From: a virus
Direction: 5' to 3' (one strand)
IMG/VR virus record: IMGVR_UViG_3300013772_000005
Span: 7,407 to 71,406 of that record
Length of the DNA: 64,000 bases
In this document: piece by piece, positions 42,836-53,091 of the stretch
Layout of the letters: every line of letters starts with the position of its first letter
How positions within the stretch are numbered: the stretch's first letter is position 1
Position numbers and translations under genes: made by a program
The notes under the pieces: generated by a model
The model's input: the letters and a program-made list of their open reading frames with translations, nothing else
What the model was told of the DNA's origin: nothing
Databases searched by the model: none

Positions 42836-45758
42836 ACTTGGCCCTCGGTCCACGTGGCACGTCGCGCATGCCGCTTGAGCCGCCGCTCAGCGCGTGCGCC
42901 AGCATCATGATGGCTTGGGTATTGGCACCCATGGCGTGCTCGTGGGAGCCACTGTCGAGCTTCACCGACGACGGGAAGGCGCTCAGCGCCGACATCATCG
43001 ACTCGACGCCACCAACGGCACCGCCGTCCGCGTAGGGCGAAATCTTGCCGCCTGCATTGGCGTGCTGAAGCGCCAGCATGTTGCGGCTGGCATCCCGCGC
43101 ATTCACCACAAACTCGCCCGGCGTCAGCCCGGTCATCAGTGTGTCGGTGCCCATGTCGGACCGGCCCCGCCCGATGCCTCTGATCGACGAGAAGCCGACG
43201 GAACCGCCACCGGCTTTGCCAGGCGCCTGATTACCCTCGTGGGCATGCTCGGCCAACTTCGCGTAAGGATCGTCTGCCTTCGCTTCGCCGGAACCAGTGA
43301 CCGATTTGACGAGATTTGAAAAGAAAGCCTTCACCCGCTTATTGCCGGCGCTGTTGATCGCATGGTCATCAACCGTAGTCTTCACGTCGCCACCGTCGGC
43401 GAAACCGATCAGGCCGCCAAAGGCTTTCCCGAGCGCCTGATTACCCTCATGCGCATGCTTCGCCAGCTCGTCATAGGGATCAGCCTTAGCCTTCCCCGAG
43501 CCAGTGAGCGTGTCAACGATGTTGGCGATGAAGGCTTTAATGCGCTTGCTGCCAGCGCTGTTGATCACGTGATCGTCGACTGTCGTCTTAAATTCACCGC
43601 CGTCGGCATAGCCGACCATGCCGCCACGAGCCTTGGCTTGATCAGGTTTCTTCTGCTGATCGTCATCGGTGCCGTTGATAAAGGCGTCAAAGCGATCCTG
43701 GCTCATCACATGACGGTCGTACTTGGCGTCCATGTCGGCTGGATTGAGATCGTCTGCGTCTTTGGCGACGTCTTTCTCGGCGTCGGTCTTCGGGTCAAAG
43801 TCCTTGCCCATATCTTTGAAGCGTTTGTACGCCTGAATGTGCTCGGCTTCCTTGCGCAGGTTCGCATTGCGCGAGCGCGCCAGATGATCCTGCACGTCAC
43901 GGTCAACCTTCGCCTTCTGATCGTCTTCGAGCTTGTCGTATGGCTTGCCGTACTGCTGCGAGTGGATGCCGCGAAGAAGCGGCGTGGCGTCTTCTTCCGT
44001 CTTCGCGTAATTAGCGGCTTCATCAGCCGATGGCACGAAGCCGTGCTTCAGTCCTTGCTTGGTGAATTCCTCAGCGCCGGGCGTGTAGGGATTCTTCTCT
44101 TCGACACCGAGCACCTTGGAAATATATTTGTTCACGGCGTCGTCAAACTTCGTCACCGTGTGATCCATCATGATCACGCCGTCCATCATGTCTTTCGAGA
44201 TGATGTTTTTCATGTTGTCCACTTCTTCTTTGAAGGTGACAACCGAGCCCTCGTAGGTCTTCATCGCATCGTCTGCCCGCTGTGCGGGTGTCTTCTGCGC
44301 GTCTTTGTATTCCTTCATTTCTTTTTTAGTGAGCTTGTCGCCTCTGCCCAGCTTTTGGTAGATGGCGGACGCCGGATCTCCCTCAAGTCCAGTCTTCTCG
44401 CGAAACATCTGAAGCGCTTCTTCAGAGTCTTTACCACGCCCACCCTGCGTCGCTTCTTTGAAGGCAGTGTTGAGATACTGCTTGATGATCTCGTCACCGC
44501 TGGCCGATAGATCTTTGGCCAGATTCGGCATCCCTGATTCTCTGAAACCCTGAAGCGTCTTCTGACTCGCACCGAAGGCGCCAAAGGCACGGCGGTTGGC
44601 AATACCCGATGGCGTCAATGTCCGGCCATGATGCGCCGACACTTCCTGCGTCGCCTGATACATACCGAAGTTTTGAAACTCGTTGCCACCGCCCTTGAAG
44701 AGCGCGTCAAGCTTCCCCATCGCATCGAAGATGCGCTCGGGATGCCCACGAAAGAAATTCATGTCGCCGAGCGAGGTGGCGAAACCGCGCAGCGACTTCT
44801 CATCGACGTTGACGCCCTTCGACATTTGGTCGAGGTAGCCCGCCATCTGCTGAAGGTATTCACCCACCGCCGAGCCCGATAGCTTCATCGAGACGGCGTC
44901 GCCGACGGCGTTGGCGATGCTCTCAGCCGGCTTCTCTGAGCCCGCACGCCGAGCTGAGCCGTAGGCGCTGGCGTAGCCTTCACCGCTGATACCGAAGCCG
45001 CGTTCCAGCCGCTCGGACTGATTCACCAGCCCGCTGATCTCACCGTTGCCCATATCCCGGCCGCCCTGAGCAGCGATGCCGGCACCGCGTTGAAGGCGGT
45101 CCATCCTGGTGAAACCGAACTGTGAGCGTCCCTCAACCATGCCGTTGCCGGTGAGTGAACGCACGCGCATGCCGGCTTCGGAGTGCTCGATCTCACGCTC
45201 AATAGCGGCGTGGACACCTATGCCAATGCCGATGGCACCCAGGGCCTTCATGCCACCACGTGCGAGCTTGCCGATAACGTTGGAGCCACCGCCCCCGCCG
45301 CCTACGTCTTCGTCGCCCCCACCGCCACTTCCGCCGCCCCCACCCGTTCTCGGCGGGCGGGTGTAGCTCGGCTGCGGCGCCTGCGGAAGCGGCTGGTAGC
45401 CAGGCGATGGTGCCGAGCTTCCGCCGACGGTCTGCGGGTAGTTGATCGTGACGCTTTTGCCAAACGCCTGCTGCTGACGCGCAACGCGAGCGATCACCGA
45501 GCTGAGCGCCCGGTACTGGTCGACGTAGTTGGAAATCACCTTGGGGTTGAGCGCCTGCTGGCTGGCCTTGTGCAGATCGTGCAAACGGTCGGTGCAGCCA
45601 CCGATCAGGTTCTCGAAGATCTTCACCTGGTCGTGCAGGTCTTTTGAGAAGACACCTTTAAGGTCGCCGCCGAGAGCTTTGAAGACATCCTTCAGCTTGC
45701 CGATCTCGGCCTTCGCTGGTTTGATGTCGAGGCCGATCTGAATCTTGGCTTGCTTCAC
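42828..45758 (-). CDS. Tape measure protein
   Basis: Long helical ORF after the chaperones; YADGG/FADGG motifs; LTPGEFVVNA. Confidence 0.8.
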   Translation of the reverse strand: MKQAKIQIGLDIKPAKAEIGKLKDVFKALGGDLKGVFSKDLHDQVKIFENLIGGCTDRLHDLHKASQQALNPKVISNYVDQYRALSSVIARVARQQQAFGKSVTINYPQTVGGSSAPSPGYQPLPQAPQPSYTRPPRTGGGGGSGGGGDEDVGGGGGGSNVIGKLARGGMKALGAIGIGIGVHAAIEREIEHSEAGMRVRSLTGNGMVEGRSQFGFTRMDRLQRGAGIAAQGGRDMGNGEISGLVNQSERLERGFGISGEGYASAYGSARRAGSEKPAESIANAVGDAVSMKLSGSAVGEYLQQMAGYLDQMSKGVNVDEKSLRGFATSLGDMNFFRGHPERIFDAMGKLDALFKGGGNEFQNFGMYQATQEVSAHHGRTLTPSGIANRRAFGAFGASQKTLQGFRESGMPNLAKDLSASGDEIIKQYLNTAFKEATQGGRGKDSEEALQMFREKTGLEGDPASAIYQKLGRGDKLTKKEMKEYKDAQKTPAQRADDAMKTYEGSVVTFKEEVDNMKNIISKDMMDGVIMMDHTVTKFDDAVNKYISKVLGVEEKNPYTPGAEEFTKQGLKHGFVPSADEAANYAKTEEDATPLLRGIHSQQYGKPYDKLEDDQKAKVDRDVQDHLARSRNANLRKEAEHIQAYKRFKDMGKDFDPKTDAEKDVAKDADDLNPADMDAKYDRHVMSQDRFDAFINGTDDDQQKKPDQAKARGGMVGYADGGEFKTTVDDHVINSAGSKRIKAFIANIVDTLTGSGKAKADPYDELAKHAHEGNQALGKAFGGLIGFADGGDVKTTVDDHAINSAGNKRVKAFFSNLVKSVTGSGEAKADDPYAKLAEHAHEGNQAPGKAGGGSVGFSSIRGIGRGRSDMGTDTLMTGLTPGEFVVNARDASRNMLALQHANAGGKISPYADGGAVGGVESMMSALSAFPSSVKLDSGSHEHAMGANTQAIMMLAHALSGGSSGMRDVPRGPRAKYG

Positions 45759-46243
45759 GCCTTGCCCCCGAAGTCGTCCTCAAACTCGTCTTCACCCAGC
45801 AGCGGCACCTTCAGCTTCGGCCGCTTCGACTTGCCGACCGACGCGACGATCTTCTCGAATTCTTCGTCGCTCACGTCTTCGGTTTTGTATTTCGAGAGGT
45901 CAACCGTCTTGCCTTGCCGCTGACGCACCCGCTTGAGTAGAGCCAGCGCTTCATCTTCACCGCGAAACTTCTCGCTCCCGTCCCACTCTTCCGCGCCCGA
46001 TCTAGCTTTATCAAAGGCCGCTATCTCTTCCGGGTGCCGCTCGTAGAAGTCTTCCAGGTACTCGACGTAAAGCTCTTCTACCGTGTAGTCATCGACCGGC
46101 TTCGGCGGGACTCTGTATTTCTGATGCCACCACTTCTTGAGCTGGTGCTCGTGATCATTCAGGTTCGAGATGGCGATGCGGTGAAGGTTGTCGGCGTTGA
46201 GCAGTCTACGGTTGAGCTGCGACGACGGCTTCCTTAACCGCAT
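45755..46243 (-). CDS. Pre-tape-measure protein (second tail assembly chaperone)
   Basis: WWHQKYRVPP; position; own GGGAG SD. Confidence 0.6.
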   Translation of the reverse strand: MRLRKPSSQLNRRLLNADNLHRIAISNLNDHEHQLKKWWHQKYRVPPKPVDDYTVEELYVEYLEDFYERHPEEIAAFDKARSGAEEWDGSEKFRGEDEALALLKRVRQRQGKTVDLSKYKTEDVSDEEFEKIVASVGKSKRPKLKVPLLGEDEFEDDFGGKA

Positions 46244-46655
46244 TGGCCGGATCTCCCTCTACGACGGTCGTGGCGTTGCCGCTATAGACCTTCGTCTTCC
46301 ACTCTTCCTCAAACGCCATGCAACGGTTGTAGATCTCCGCAACGACATTGGCGTCGTAGAGATCGATGCCGAAAGCCGCGTCGGCCCACCACTGCGGGAA
46401 GTCGTCGAGGGTGAAGCGCAGATGCGAGATGGCCATGTTGAAGTCAGAGGTGTCTTCATCGAGCGTCGTCAGGTCGTTGTTCAACCTGGCCCGCATGGCG
46501 GCGATACGCGAGCGGGCGCCACAGCTCGGGCGACGGTACTTGAATTTGCCGATGAAGATCTCGCGCGTCTCAGCACCTGTGACTTGGATGTCGAAGGAAT
46601 GCTCCATCGACGGCAGGCGGGACGGCGGGGCTTTCGAGGCTCCAGGCTTGCTCAC
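46206..46655 (-). CDS. Tail assembly chaperone
   Basis: GKFKYRRPS...FPQWW; between tube and tape measure. Confidence 0.7.
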   Translation of the reverse strand: MSKPGASKAPPSRLPSMEHSFDIQVTGAETREIFIGKFKYRRPSCGARSRIAAMRARLNNDLTTLDEDTSDFNMAISHLRFTLDDFPQWWADAAFGIDLYDANVVAEIYNRCMAFEEEWKTKVYSGNATTVVEGDPANAVKEAVVAAQP

Positions 46656-46824
46656 AGCTTCTCCTTAAATCACCGACGACGGTGGAATTGTAAGGCCAAC
46701 TCGCATGGCCCTTCCGCGTACTGCCGGATGCAGATCTCGACACGTTGCCTGAGGCTATCAGGGTGGGTTCCACCCAGCCTTAGCTGGGGGAGCTTCGGCG
46801 TAGCTCTAGCGGCGCTGCGCCGAA

Positions 46825-47244
46825 TTAGGTGCCAGTGGCGTCAAACTCGTCTTTCGCTTGCAGGCCGACGAAGCTCCAGGTTTCCGTCATCACGCCGCGC
46901 GCATCGACGGTCGTCTGACGAGCCTGGATCTTCACGCCGGTCATGAGCAGGATGATGTTGCCGTCGGGATCGACGATCATCGCGTCCATGGTCCCCTGCG
47001 TGAGGAGCTGCGGCAGCGACTTCATGATGCCGAGCTGCTTCACGCTCTTGTTCGGCACGCGAAAGGATTGGCACTGCATGTCGACCGTGTAGCCAACCTC
47101 TGCATGCTCTTCCACGTCGAGCTGGTCGAGGACGTTGATCGCCTCGTATTGGATGTTCTCGTTGTAAGACACGTTCGAGGCGAAAGCGATCACCGTCCCG
47201 TTGATCGAGAATTTCGCTTTTGCCCCTGTCATCACCGTAGACAT
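46825..47244 (-). CDS. Tail tube protein
   Basis: About 139 aa directly after the sheath; VMTGAKAKFSINGTVI; AAGGAG SD. Confidence 0.8.
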   Translation of the reverse strand: MSTVMTGAKAKFSINGTVIAFASNVSYNENIQYEAINVLDQLDVEEHAEVGYTVDMQCQSFRVPNKSVKQLGIMKSLPQLLTQGTMDAMIVDPDGNIILLMTGVKIQARQTTVDARGVMTETWSFVGLQAKDEFDATGT

Positions 47245-47279
47245 ACGACTCACTCCTTTCGTTTAGGCGACAGCGAAAC

Positions 47280-49430
47280 TCAAGCCGACTGCTGGATGTC
47301 CGCGAGATAGATCGTCGGGAGGATGAAGTCGATTCCCTGCACCGGCGTGATCGTCACGTCGATGCTGGCCTTGTTGCCGTTGAGGGCAACGCGGAGATCC
47401 TTGAACCCCTTCCCCTTATTGAGATCGTCCCCGACGATCACCTGAGCGATGTTGAGGTAGTCGTCCATCCTGGACGACACCGTGCCAGCGATATTCTGCG
47501 CCGAGCCCGTCCGCGCCTTCACGCCAGTGTAGATGGCTTCAAGGTTGACCATCAGGTCGTAGTAGACGTAGCCGGCCGACTCGACCACGCTGGCCCGGTT
47601 CCAGACGAAGCTGGCATCCTGGCCATAGGTCGTGTTACCGAGCACGAAGCGGAAGCCGGCGGTGTCCATCGGCTCCAGGATCGTCACGCCCGCGTCGATC
47701 ATCTCGGTGAAGTCGAGCTTCGGATTCCACGAACCGTCACGTACCCGCAGATCGTTGGCGTTGACCACCTTGAAGGTGATCGGCTCCCCGACGTCAGCCC
47801 CGGCCGACATCCCCGCCGCAAGGCATGCCGTCGCCCACGGATCGAGGAAGGCGAGCTTCCCTTGCGTGAAGCTGAAGACCTTGACGTCTTGCGCCAGCAG
47901 CGACGTATAGCCGCTATTGAGCGCCTGAGCCGCCGCCTTGACCTGGATCTTCGAGCCGAGACGCGACGTCCATACCTGACGCGGTGAGCGCCCCATGGCG
48001 CCCCACATAAAGTTGGCGTGTGCATCAGCCAGCGCATTCACCGTGTCCACCGACAGCGAGCCGACGTCGGTCGAGATCAGCGGCACGACGTAGTTGGCGC
48101 GGATTTGCTTCAGCGCGTCGAAGCCGGTCGAATAGCTGGAGTTGGCCGAGGTGCCGTCGGTGCCGCCAGCGAAGAAGGTCGCCGTCGGTGCCAAGGCGAC
48201 CGTGCCCGGGATGTTGGAAATCCGCGCCGCCGAGGCGAGCTGCGAAAGAGCACAAACATCGACGAAGGCTTGGATGTCGCGCCTCAGGTCGTAGGCGACC
48301 AGCTCGATGTGGGCCGACACGTGGTAGTCCAGGTCGGTGGCGCCGATCGCCGGATTCGTGTAGGTCGTCGTGCAGGTGTAGGCCGCGTTCCCGGCGATCC
48401 GGTTGACAAGGTCTTGCACCGACATGACAGCGACCATGTTGCCGTCGGTGTCGGCGTTGCCGAGCACGATGGACAGGTTGTCGCCAGAGGCGCCGGTACA
48501 GGTGGTCGTCAGGATGCGTTGGCCAAGAGAGTCCTGAATGGCAAGGACGCAGGCGGTGCCAGCGCCGACATACTTGACCGTCATCACCGCCGGGCCGCCG
48601 ATTTCCGGCAACGCGCTTTCGGTCGTCGTGCCATTTCTGAAAACGACGAAGCGGGTGCCGCGCACACCGCGTGCTGAGCCGACCAGGCCGACCAGCGTGT
48701 CAAGCGTGCAGCTCGGATCGACGTAGATATAGCCGTTAGCCAGCTTGCCAGCGACGACCGTGGTGTCGAGCGTGATCACGACCGTCGTACCGCTGACGGA
48801 AGCGATGACCGGCTTCGTGCTGCCGGACCAGTTGGCGACGTTGTTCAGGTCAGTCACCAGCGCCGCTGCCGCGTGCGATCCCGCCGTCAGCGTCGTCGTG
48901 TAGGTGTAGGTCGTGCCAAACATCTTCAGGATCAGCGTCTCGTTGCCAACGAAGGTCCACGGTCCGTTGATCGTGGCAGTCATAGCCGCGTCGCTGTCGT
49001 TGATCGATCCGGCAGTCACCTGCACCGAGGTGTTGTTCTGATCAGCACCCCAATTGGACGAGAGCAGCCCCAGCACCGCGACCGGCGATGATGCGTTGTT
49101 GACCAGAGTCTTCGTGCTCTGCGTGCCACTGTTCGTCTTGAAGACGATCACCTTCGACGCGCCATTGACGATGCGCTGGTCTTTCGACGGCGCCGCGAGC
49201 AGGCCGAGCGCATCGGCGATCGGTCCCGACTTGTAGCGGGACTTGGCCGCCTGGATCTGCGGCCCTTGAAGGACGTCGAGCACGCCGGGCTCGCCACCGA
49301 GTGCTTCACCGATGATGGCGACAGTGCCAGTCGGTTGAAGCGGAAAGCCGGTGAGGTTGAGGACCTTCACCGCCGGGTAAACGCCTGGCTTCGAGAAGGA
49401 AGCCCCGTTGAATGTCACCTTGATGGTCAT
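47280..49430 (-). CDS. Contractile tail sheath protein
   Basis: KPGVY, IIGEALGGEP, GGTDG, GEPITFK, PVQGIDFI. Confidence 0.9.
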   Translation of the reverse strand: MTIKVTFNGASFSKPGVYPAVKVLNLTGFPLQPTGTVAIIGEALGGEPGVLDVLQGPQIQAAKSRYKSGPIADALGLLAAPSKDQRIVNGASKVIVFKTNSGTQSTKTLVNNASSPVAVLGLLSSNWGADQNNTSVQVTAGSINDSDAAMTATINGPWTFVGNETLILKMFGTTYTYTTTLTAGSHAAAALVTDLNNVANWSGSTKPVIASVSGTTVVITLDTTVVAGKLANGYIYVDPSCTLDTLVGLVGSARGVRGTRFVVFRNGTTTESALPEIGGPAVMTVKYVGAGTACVLAIQDSLGQRILTTTCTGASGDNLSIVLGNADTDGNMVAVMSVQDLVNRIAGNAAYTCTTTYTNPAIGATDLDYHVSAHIELVAYDLRRDIQAFVDVCALSQLASAARISNIPGTVALAPTATFFAGGTDGTSANSSYSTGFDALKQIRANYVVPLISTDVGSLSVDTVNALADAHANFMWGAMGRSPRQVWTSRLGSKIQVKAAAQALNSGYTSLLAQDVKVFSFTQGKLAFLDPWATACLAAGMSAGADVGEPITFKVVNANDLRVRDGSWNPKLDFTEMIDAGVTILEPMDTAGFRFVLGNTTYGQDASFVWNRASVVESAGYVYYDLMVNLEAIYTGVKARTGSAQNIAGTVSSRMDDYLNIAQVIVGDDLNKGKGFKDLRVALNGNKASIDVTITPVQGIDFILPTIYLADIQQSA

Positions 49431-49446
49431 GTGCAGCTCCCTTCAA

Positions 49447-49806
49447 TCAAAAATCTTTGAAGATGGTGTCCCATTCGACGACAGTGGCCGACTGCACACC
49501 CTTGGCTGGCGGGTATTGCAGCATTCCCGATCTCACGTGATGACGAATTTTCTTGATATTAGCATACACGCTGAAGGGGACGCGATGCGCAGCCATCGGG
49601 TCATCAACGTCGCCGCGCAGCCGCGCGACGTAGGCTTTCTTCTCCTCGGGCGAAAGCTTCGACTCTTCGATCTGTTTGATCTTCGCTTCGACATCGAGCG
49701 CCGGTCCGGCCTCGACCTTTGCCTCCGTTGCCTCAGTGGTAGCGGTCGGCTCCACCACGGCTTCCCCATCTGGACGCGACGGACGCCGGTCCCTGTCCTT
49801 TCCCAT
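49447..49806 (-). CDS. Hypothetical protein
   Basis: 119-aa ORF before the sheath. Confidence 0.65.
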   Translation of the reverse strand: MGKDRDRRPSRPDGEAVVEPTATTEATEAKVEAGPALDVEAKIKQIEESKLSPEEKKAYVARLRGDVDDPMAAHRVPFSVYANIKKIRHHVRSGMLQYPPAKGVQSATVVEWDTIFKDF

Positions 49807-49809
49807 GGT

Positions 49810-50520
49810 CTAACCTCCCACCTTGACGTTGACATTGAGCCCGGTGACGATCGGCGCCGAGCCGAGCTTAAACTTCGGAAAGGTCCCGACCGTCAGCGTG
49901 ACAAATCGAGAGAAGACGTTCGACGGCAGCATCTCGTTGAGTCGCGAGAGGTCGGTCGCGCGGAACGTCAGGTTCATCATGCCGGCCGCCTCAAACTCCT
50001 GCCGCTTCGACGAGAGCAGATAGACGGCCAGGTAGTAGAGGTATTTCACCTTGTCGGGTGAGCCGGAGGCATGGATGCCGATCATGATTGAGTCGGTGAA
50101 CGGCATGTAGCCGATCTCTTCGCGGCTGACGACGTTGCCGAGCGTGTCAAAGCTGCTCTCGTCGCCTGCCATGTCGTGGAGCGCGGCAAACGCCGGATTC
50201 TCGCCGCCATCAGCGAGCTGAATCGAAAACGTCGGCATCTGCGTGTCACCGTCGGGGAAAGCCTGGATGATGCGGATCTCGTGCTGATCGATGTAGTCCT
50301 CGATCTCTTTCACCTTCCCCGGGCCGTAGCGACTGACGAGCTGTGGCGCGAGCAGATGACCGAAGACTTCCTGCGCCGCCGTTGGCGTGTCGCGGAACCA
50401 CTGAAGCCCTTCTTCGAGCAGCTTCTCGACAAAGAAGTCGGTCGGGAAAAGACCGTGGATAACGTCAGGTGTTGGAACCGCTTGCGGGTAGACGAGGCGC
50501 GGATCGTCAGGACTGATCAT
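49810..50520 (-). CDS. Putative tail terminator / neck protein
   Basis: Position; PTFSIQLADGGE. Confidence 0.55.
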   Translation of the reverse strand: MISPDDPRLVYPQAVPTPDVIHGLFPTDFFVEKLLEEGLQWFRDTPTAAQEVFGHLLAPQLVSRYGPGKVKEIEDYIDQHEIRIIQAFPDGDTQMPTFSIQLADGGENPAFAALHDMAGDESSFDTLGNVVSREEIGYMPFTDSIMIGIHASGSPDKVKYLYYLAVYLLSSKRQEFEAAGMMNLTFRATDLSRLNEMLPSNVFSRFVTLTVGTFPKFKLGSAPIVTGLNVNVKVGG

Positions 50521-51332
50521 GTGAGTGACCCCAACACGGTGTTGACGATGTTGGTCATCTCACGGTCGACAAAGCGCTCGACCTCGGTGAGCAGATGCAC
50601 GCCAGGGAGGCCAGGGTGCTGCCAGGAGTCGTGTGGCGAGCCCTCGCTCATGATGCGGAAGGTGAGTAGCTGCGACGAACCGCGTTGCTTACCGTTCTGC
50701 GTGCGGCCCGGCTGTGAGTCTTGAATGCGAACCATGCCCTGAAGGTAGCGGTGGACGTCAGTGCTGTTGGGGATCTTCGCCACCTTGCCGGGGATCACGT
50801 CGCCGGCCGAGGTGCGCTGCATCTTCGACATCGAGATCGGTGAGCCGGTCGGGATCGAGACGCCCTTGCTCATCGCCGCCTTCAGCTTCGTCTGCATGTC
50901 GAGCGCTGCCGCCTTGCCGGTATAGGCGAGGTTTGTGCCCGACGACACCGAGTGGCGAAACGGGATCACCACGTACTTCTTGCCGGTCTTCGTCAGATGC
51001 ACCTTGTTGCCACCGAGCCAGCCAGGACGCACCGCCTTCATGTCGAAGGGCGGCATGCCGCTCTCGTAGTTGTTCGGCATCTTGCCGACCAGCGTCACGG
51101 TGTAGACCGGCTCACCATCGACAATCGTTGATCCAAAGCTCTCAGCCTGGCGCAGCCCGTTGATGTAGTCGGCGCGCAAGGAGTGCAGCCGTGCCTGCGC
51201 CAACCGCACCCATTCAGCCTGAGCCGCCGTGGCGATCTGCGCCACTGCCGTGCGCATCGTCTCTCTGACGGCCAGGTCCAGCTCGTCGATGTTGAGGCCG
51301 ATGTCTTCGAGCCTAGCGCTCAAGTGGAACAT
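50517..51332 (-). CDS. Neck / tail-completion protein
   Basis: YVVIPFRH...TFRIMS...SWQHPG, as in SPO1/Twort-type neck genes; GAGG SD before MFHLS. Confidence 0.65.
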   Translation of the reverse strand: MFHLSARLEDIGLNIDELDLAVRETMRTAVAQIATAAQAEWVRLAQARLHSLRADYINGLRQAESFGSTIVDGEPVYTVTLVGKMPNNYESGMPPFDMKAVRPGWLGGNKVHLTKTGKKYVVIPFRHSVSSGTNLAYTGKAAALDMQTKLKAAMSKGVSIPTGSPISMSKMQRTSAGDVIPGKVAKIPNSTDVHRYLQGMVRIQDSQPGRTQNGKQRGSSQLLTFRIMSEGSPHDSWQHPGLPGVHLLTEVERFVDREMTNIVNTVLGSLT

Positions 51333-52068
51333 CGTGACCTCGCTTCGCCAGGTAGTCCCACCGGCAATGAGCCTGCTGTGGGAGCTGCACCGGGACTTTC
51401 TTCGGCAAACGAAAGCCGTTGTAGTAGTAGCGATTCTCGTGAAGCATTTCGAGCACACGGAAGGTCGGCCGGATCGGGTAGATGATCGAGTAGATCTTCC
51501 CGACCGGCGGCCGGTGCGCCGTCGTCCACGTCAGTGTGTTGCCGCTGATCTTGTAGTGCGTGCCGAGCACGTAGTTCGTGACGTTGTTACAGTCGACGAT
51601 GCCGTAGATGTTGCCCGAGTCAGCCTCGCGTGGCGGGTAGCGCAGCAGATCAGAATCGCTCGTGTGGCGCTTGACCACCTCGTTGAAGAGCGAGCCGAAG
51701 TCGACAACTTCAACCTTGAACCAATAAGACACGCGCACGCCCGCTGGGAACGAGATCAGCGAGTCCTTCACGTCGAAGCGGCTCTCGGGATAGTAGGTCT
51801 TGTCGAGGCTGATCCCTTGGATATAAGCCTGCGTCTGCACCGTCTTCGCCGTCAGATCGACGATCAGCGCGCCGTTGCACAGCGGGCAATTGAGATCGTG
51901 GTTGACGTCGTTGACTTCGACCTGACTGCCGGAGCGGCGTGGGCACAGCACCGTCGGCGTCACGTTCACCACAGTCCCAAAGTCGTTGATGATCGCATCA
52001 AACTCTTTGGGGTTGAGGTCAACCCTCGTCGGCGGTGGTGGACGCTTCGGATATGTGGCTGCTGCCAT
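51313..52068 (-). CDS. Head closure / neck protein
   Basis: LCP...CPLCNG; position. Confidence 0.6.
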   Translation of the reverse strand: MAAATYPKRPPPPTRVDLNPKEFDAIINDFGTVVNVTPTVLCPRRSGSQVEVNDVNHDLNCPLCNGALIVDLTAKTVQTQAYIQGISLDKTYYPESRFDVKDSLISFPAGVRVSYWFKVEVVDFGSLFNEVVKRHTSDSDLLRYPPREADSGNIYGIVDCNNVTNYVLGTHYKISGNTLTWTTAHRPPVGKIYSIIYPIRPTFRVLEMLHENRYYYNGFRLPKKVPVQLPQQAHCRWDYLAKRGHDVPLER

Positions 52069-52854
52069 TCAGGCGACCACCATCTGGATACCGCGCAAGT
52101 TATCCTTGATCGCAGCGAGGTGGAGCGGAATCTGTTTGATGTACTGATTGATCCGCGCGCCGTAGCCGGCAAACTCCGGGCTGCTCGTGGTTGAAATCGA
52201 CTCCGAGAGGCCGTCGAGGGAAAGCGACTTGGATGCGATGCCGGCGCCACCGAGCAGGTCACCAGCGATATTCAGCGGCCCCATCGCCGCCTTCATGCCG
52301 ATCACTTCGCGGATGTCGGCCGGGATCAATCCAGGATTCTTGAAGCCAACCGAGTAGTCGACTTCGACGACCATCGGCACGTAGGGATTGGAGCCGTAGA
52401 GCATCGGCAGAAAGCCGCCGCCTTGGCCGATCAGCATGTTGGACAGCGTGCCCTGCGTCGGGATCAGATTGATCGTGCCGCTCATGGCGTTGACGCGCAG
52501 CCACGACGGATCGAAGTCGAGGCTGGCCGACGACATCGGAAACTTGATCGAGTAGCGCGACACCGAGCGCACCGGCGCCCAGTGCAGCTTCAGGAACCCG
52601 TACTCAAGGAAGTCGTTGAATTCGTAGTCGTGGGTCTCAGAGACGATGTCGGTGGGGAAGAGCAGGACCTGGACTTCGCGCTGAAGCCACTCTTGCGCTG
52701 AGCGAATGTAAAACTCGAAGATGGCATCAGGGAAAGAGTTGCCGTCATCGTCCAGGAAAGACACGCCGAAGAGGAAAATGGATTTCAATTCCTCCACGCT
52801 CAGGACGAGCTTGCCAGCGGGTATCACCGGTCGAGTGTTGAGCGCGTCTACCAC
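52069..52854 (-). CDS. Head-tail adaptor protein
   Basis: YIRSAQEWLQRE, VDYSVG...IPADI, GIASKSLSLDGLSES. Confidence 0.7.
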   Translation of the reverse strand: MVDALNTRPVIPAGKLVLSVEELKSIFLFGVSFLDDDGNSFPDAIFEFYIRSAQEWLQREVQVLLFPTDIVSETHDYEFNDFLEYGFLKLHWAPVRSVSRYSIKFPMSSASLDFDPSWLRVNAMSGTINLIPTQGTLSNMLIGQGGGFLPMLYGSNPYVPMVVEVDYSVGFKNPGLIPADIREVIGMKAAMGPLNIAGDLLGGAGIASKSLSLDGLSESISTTSSPEFAGYGARINQYIKQIPLHLAAIKDNLRGIQMVVA

Positions 52855-52860
52855 GTTCCC

Positions 52861-53091
52861 TCAATAAGCAAGATCGATCGTGTATTTTCTCAGCCTCTCG
52901 AATTCGGAACAGGGACTCTGATGAAACTTGAGCTTGAGGGCTGATGCCTGGTCTTCGGTGATCGAGAAAAAGAATTTAGCCTTCCCCCGATGTATCTTCT
53001 CGAACCGCACTAGCTGATGGGCACCGGCTTCCTTTGTTTGGAGGTAGGCGGCAAACAGGTAGTTGACCGTGCAGTAGAGCTGCTCGGTCAC
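52861..53091 (-). CDS. Hypothetical protein (DUF5659-like)
   Basis: YLFAAYL...KFFF; GTG coupled to the upstream stop (start inferred). Confidence 0.5.
   Translation of the reverse strand: MTEQLYCTVNYLFAAYLQTKEAGAHQLVRFEKIHRGKAKFFFSITEDQASALKLKFHQSPCSEFERLRKYTIDLAY

Noticed and set aside
45755-46655. Lambda G/GT-style programmed frameshift between the tail chaperone genes
   Set aside because: No slippery heptamer seen, and the second ORF has its own SD and ATG at 46243.
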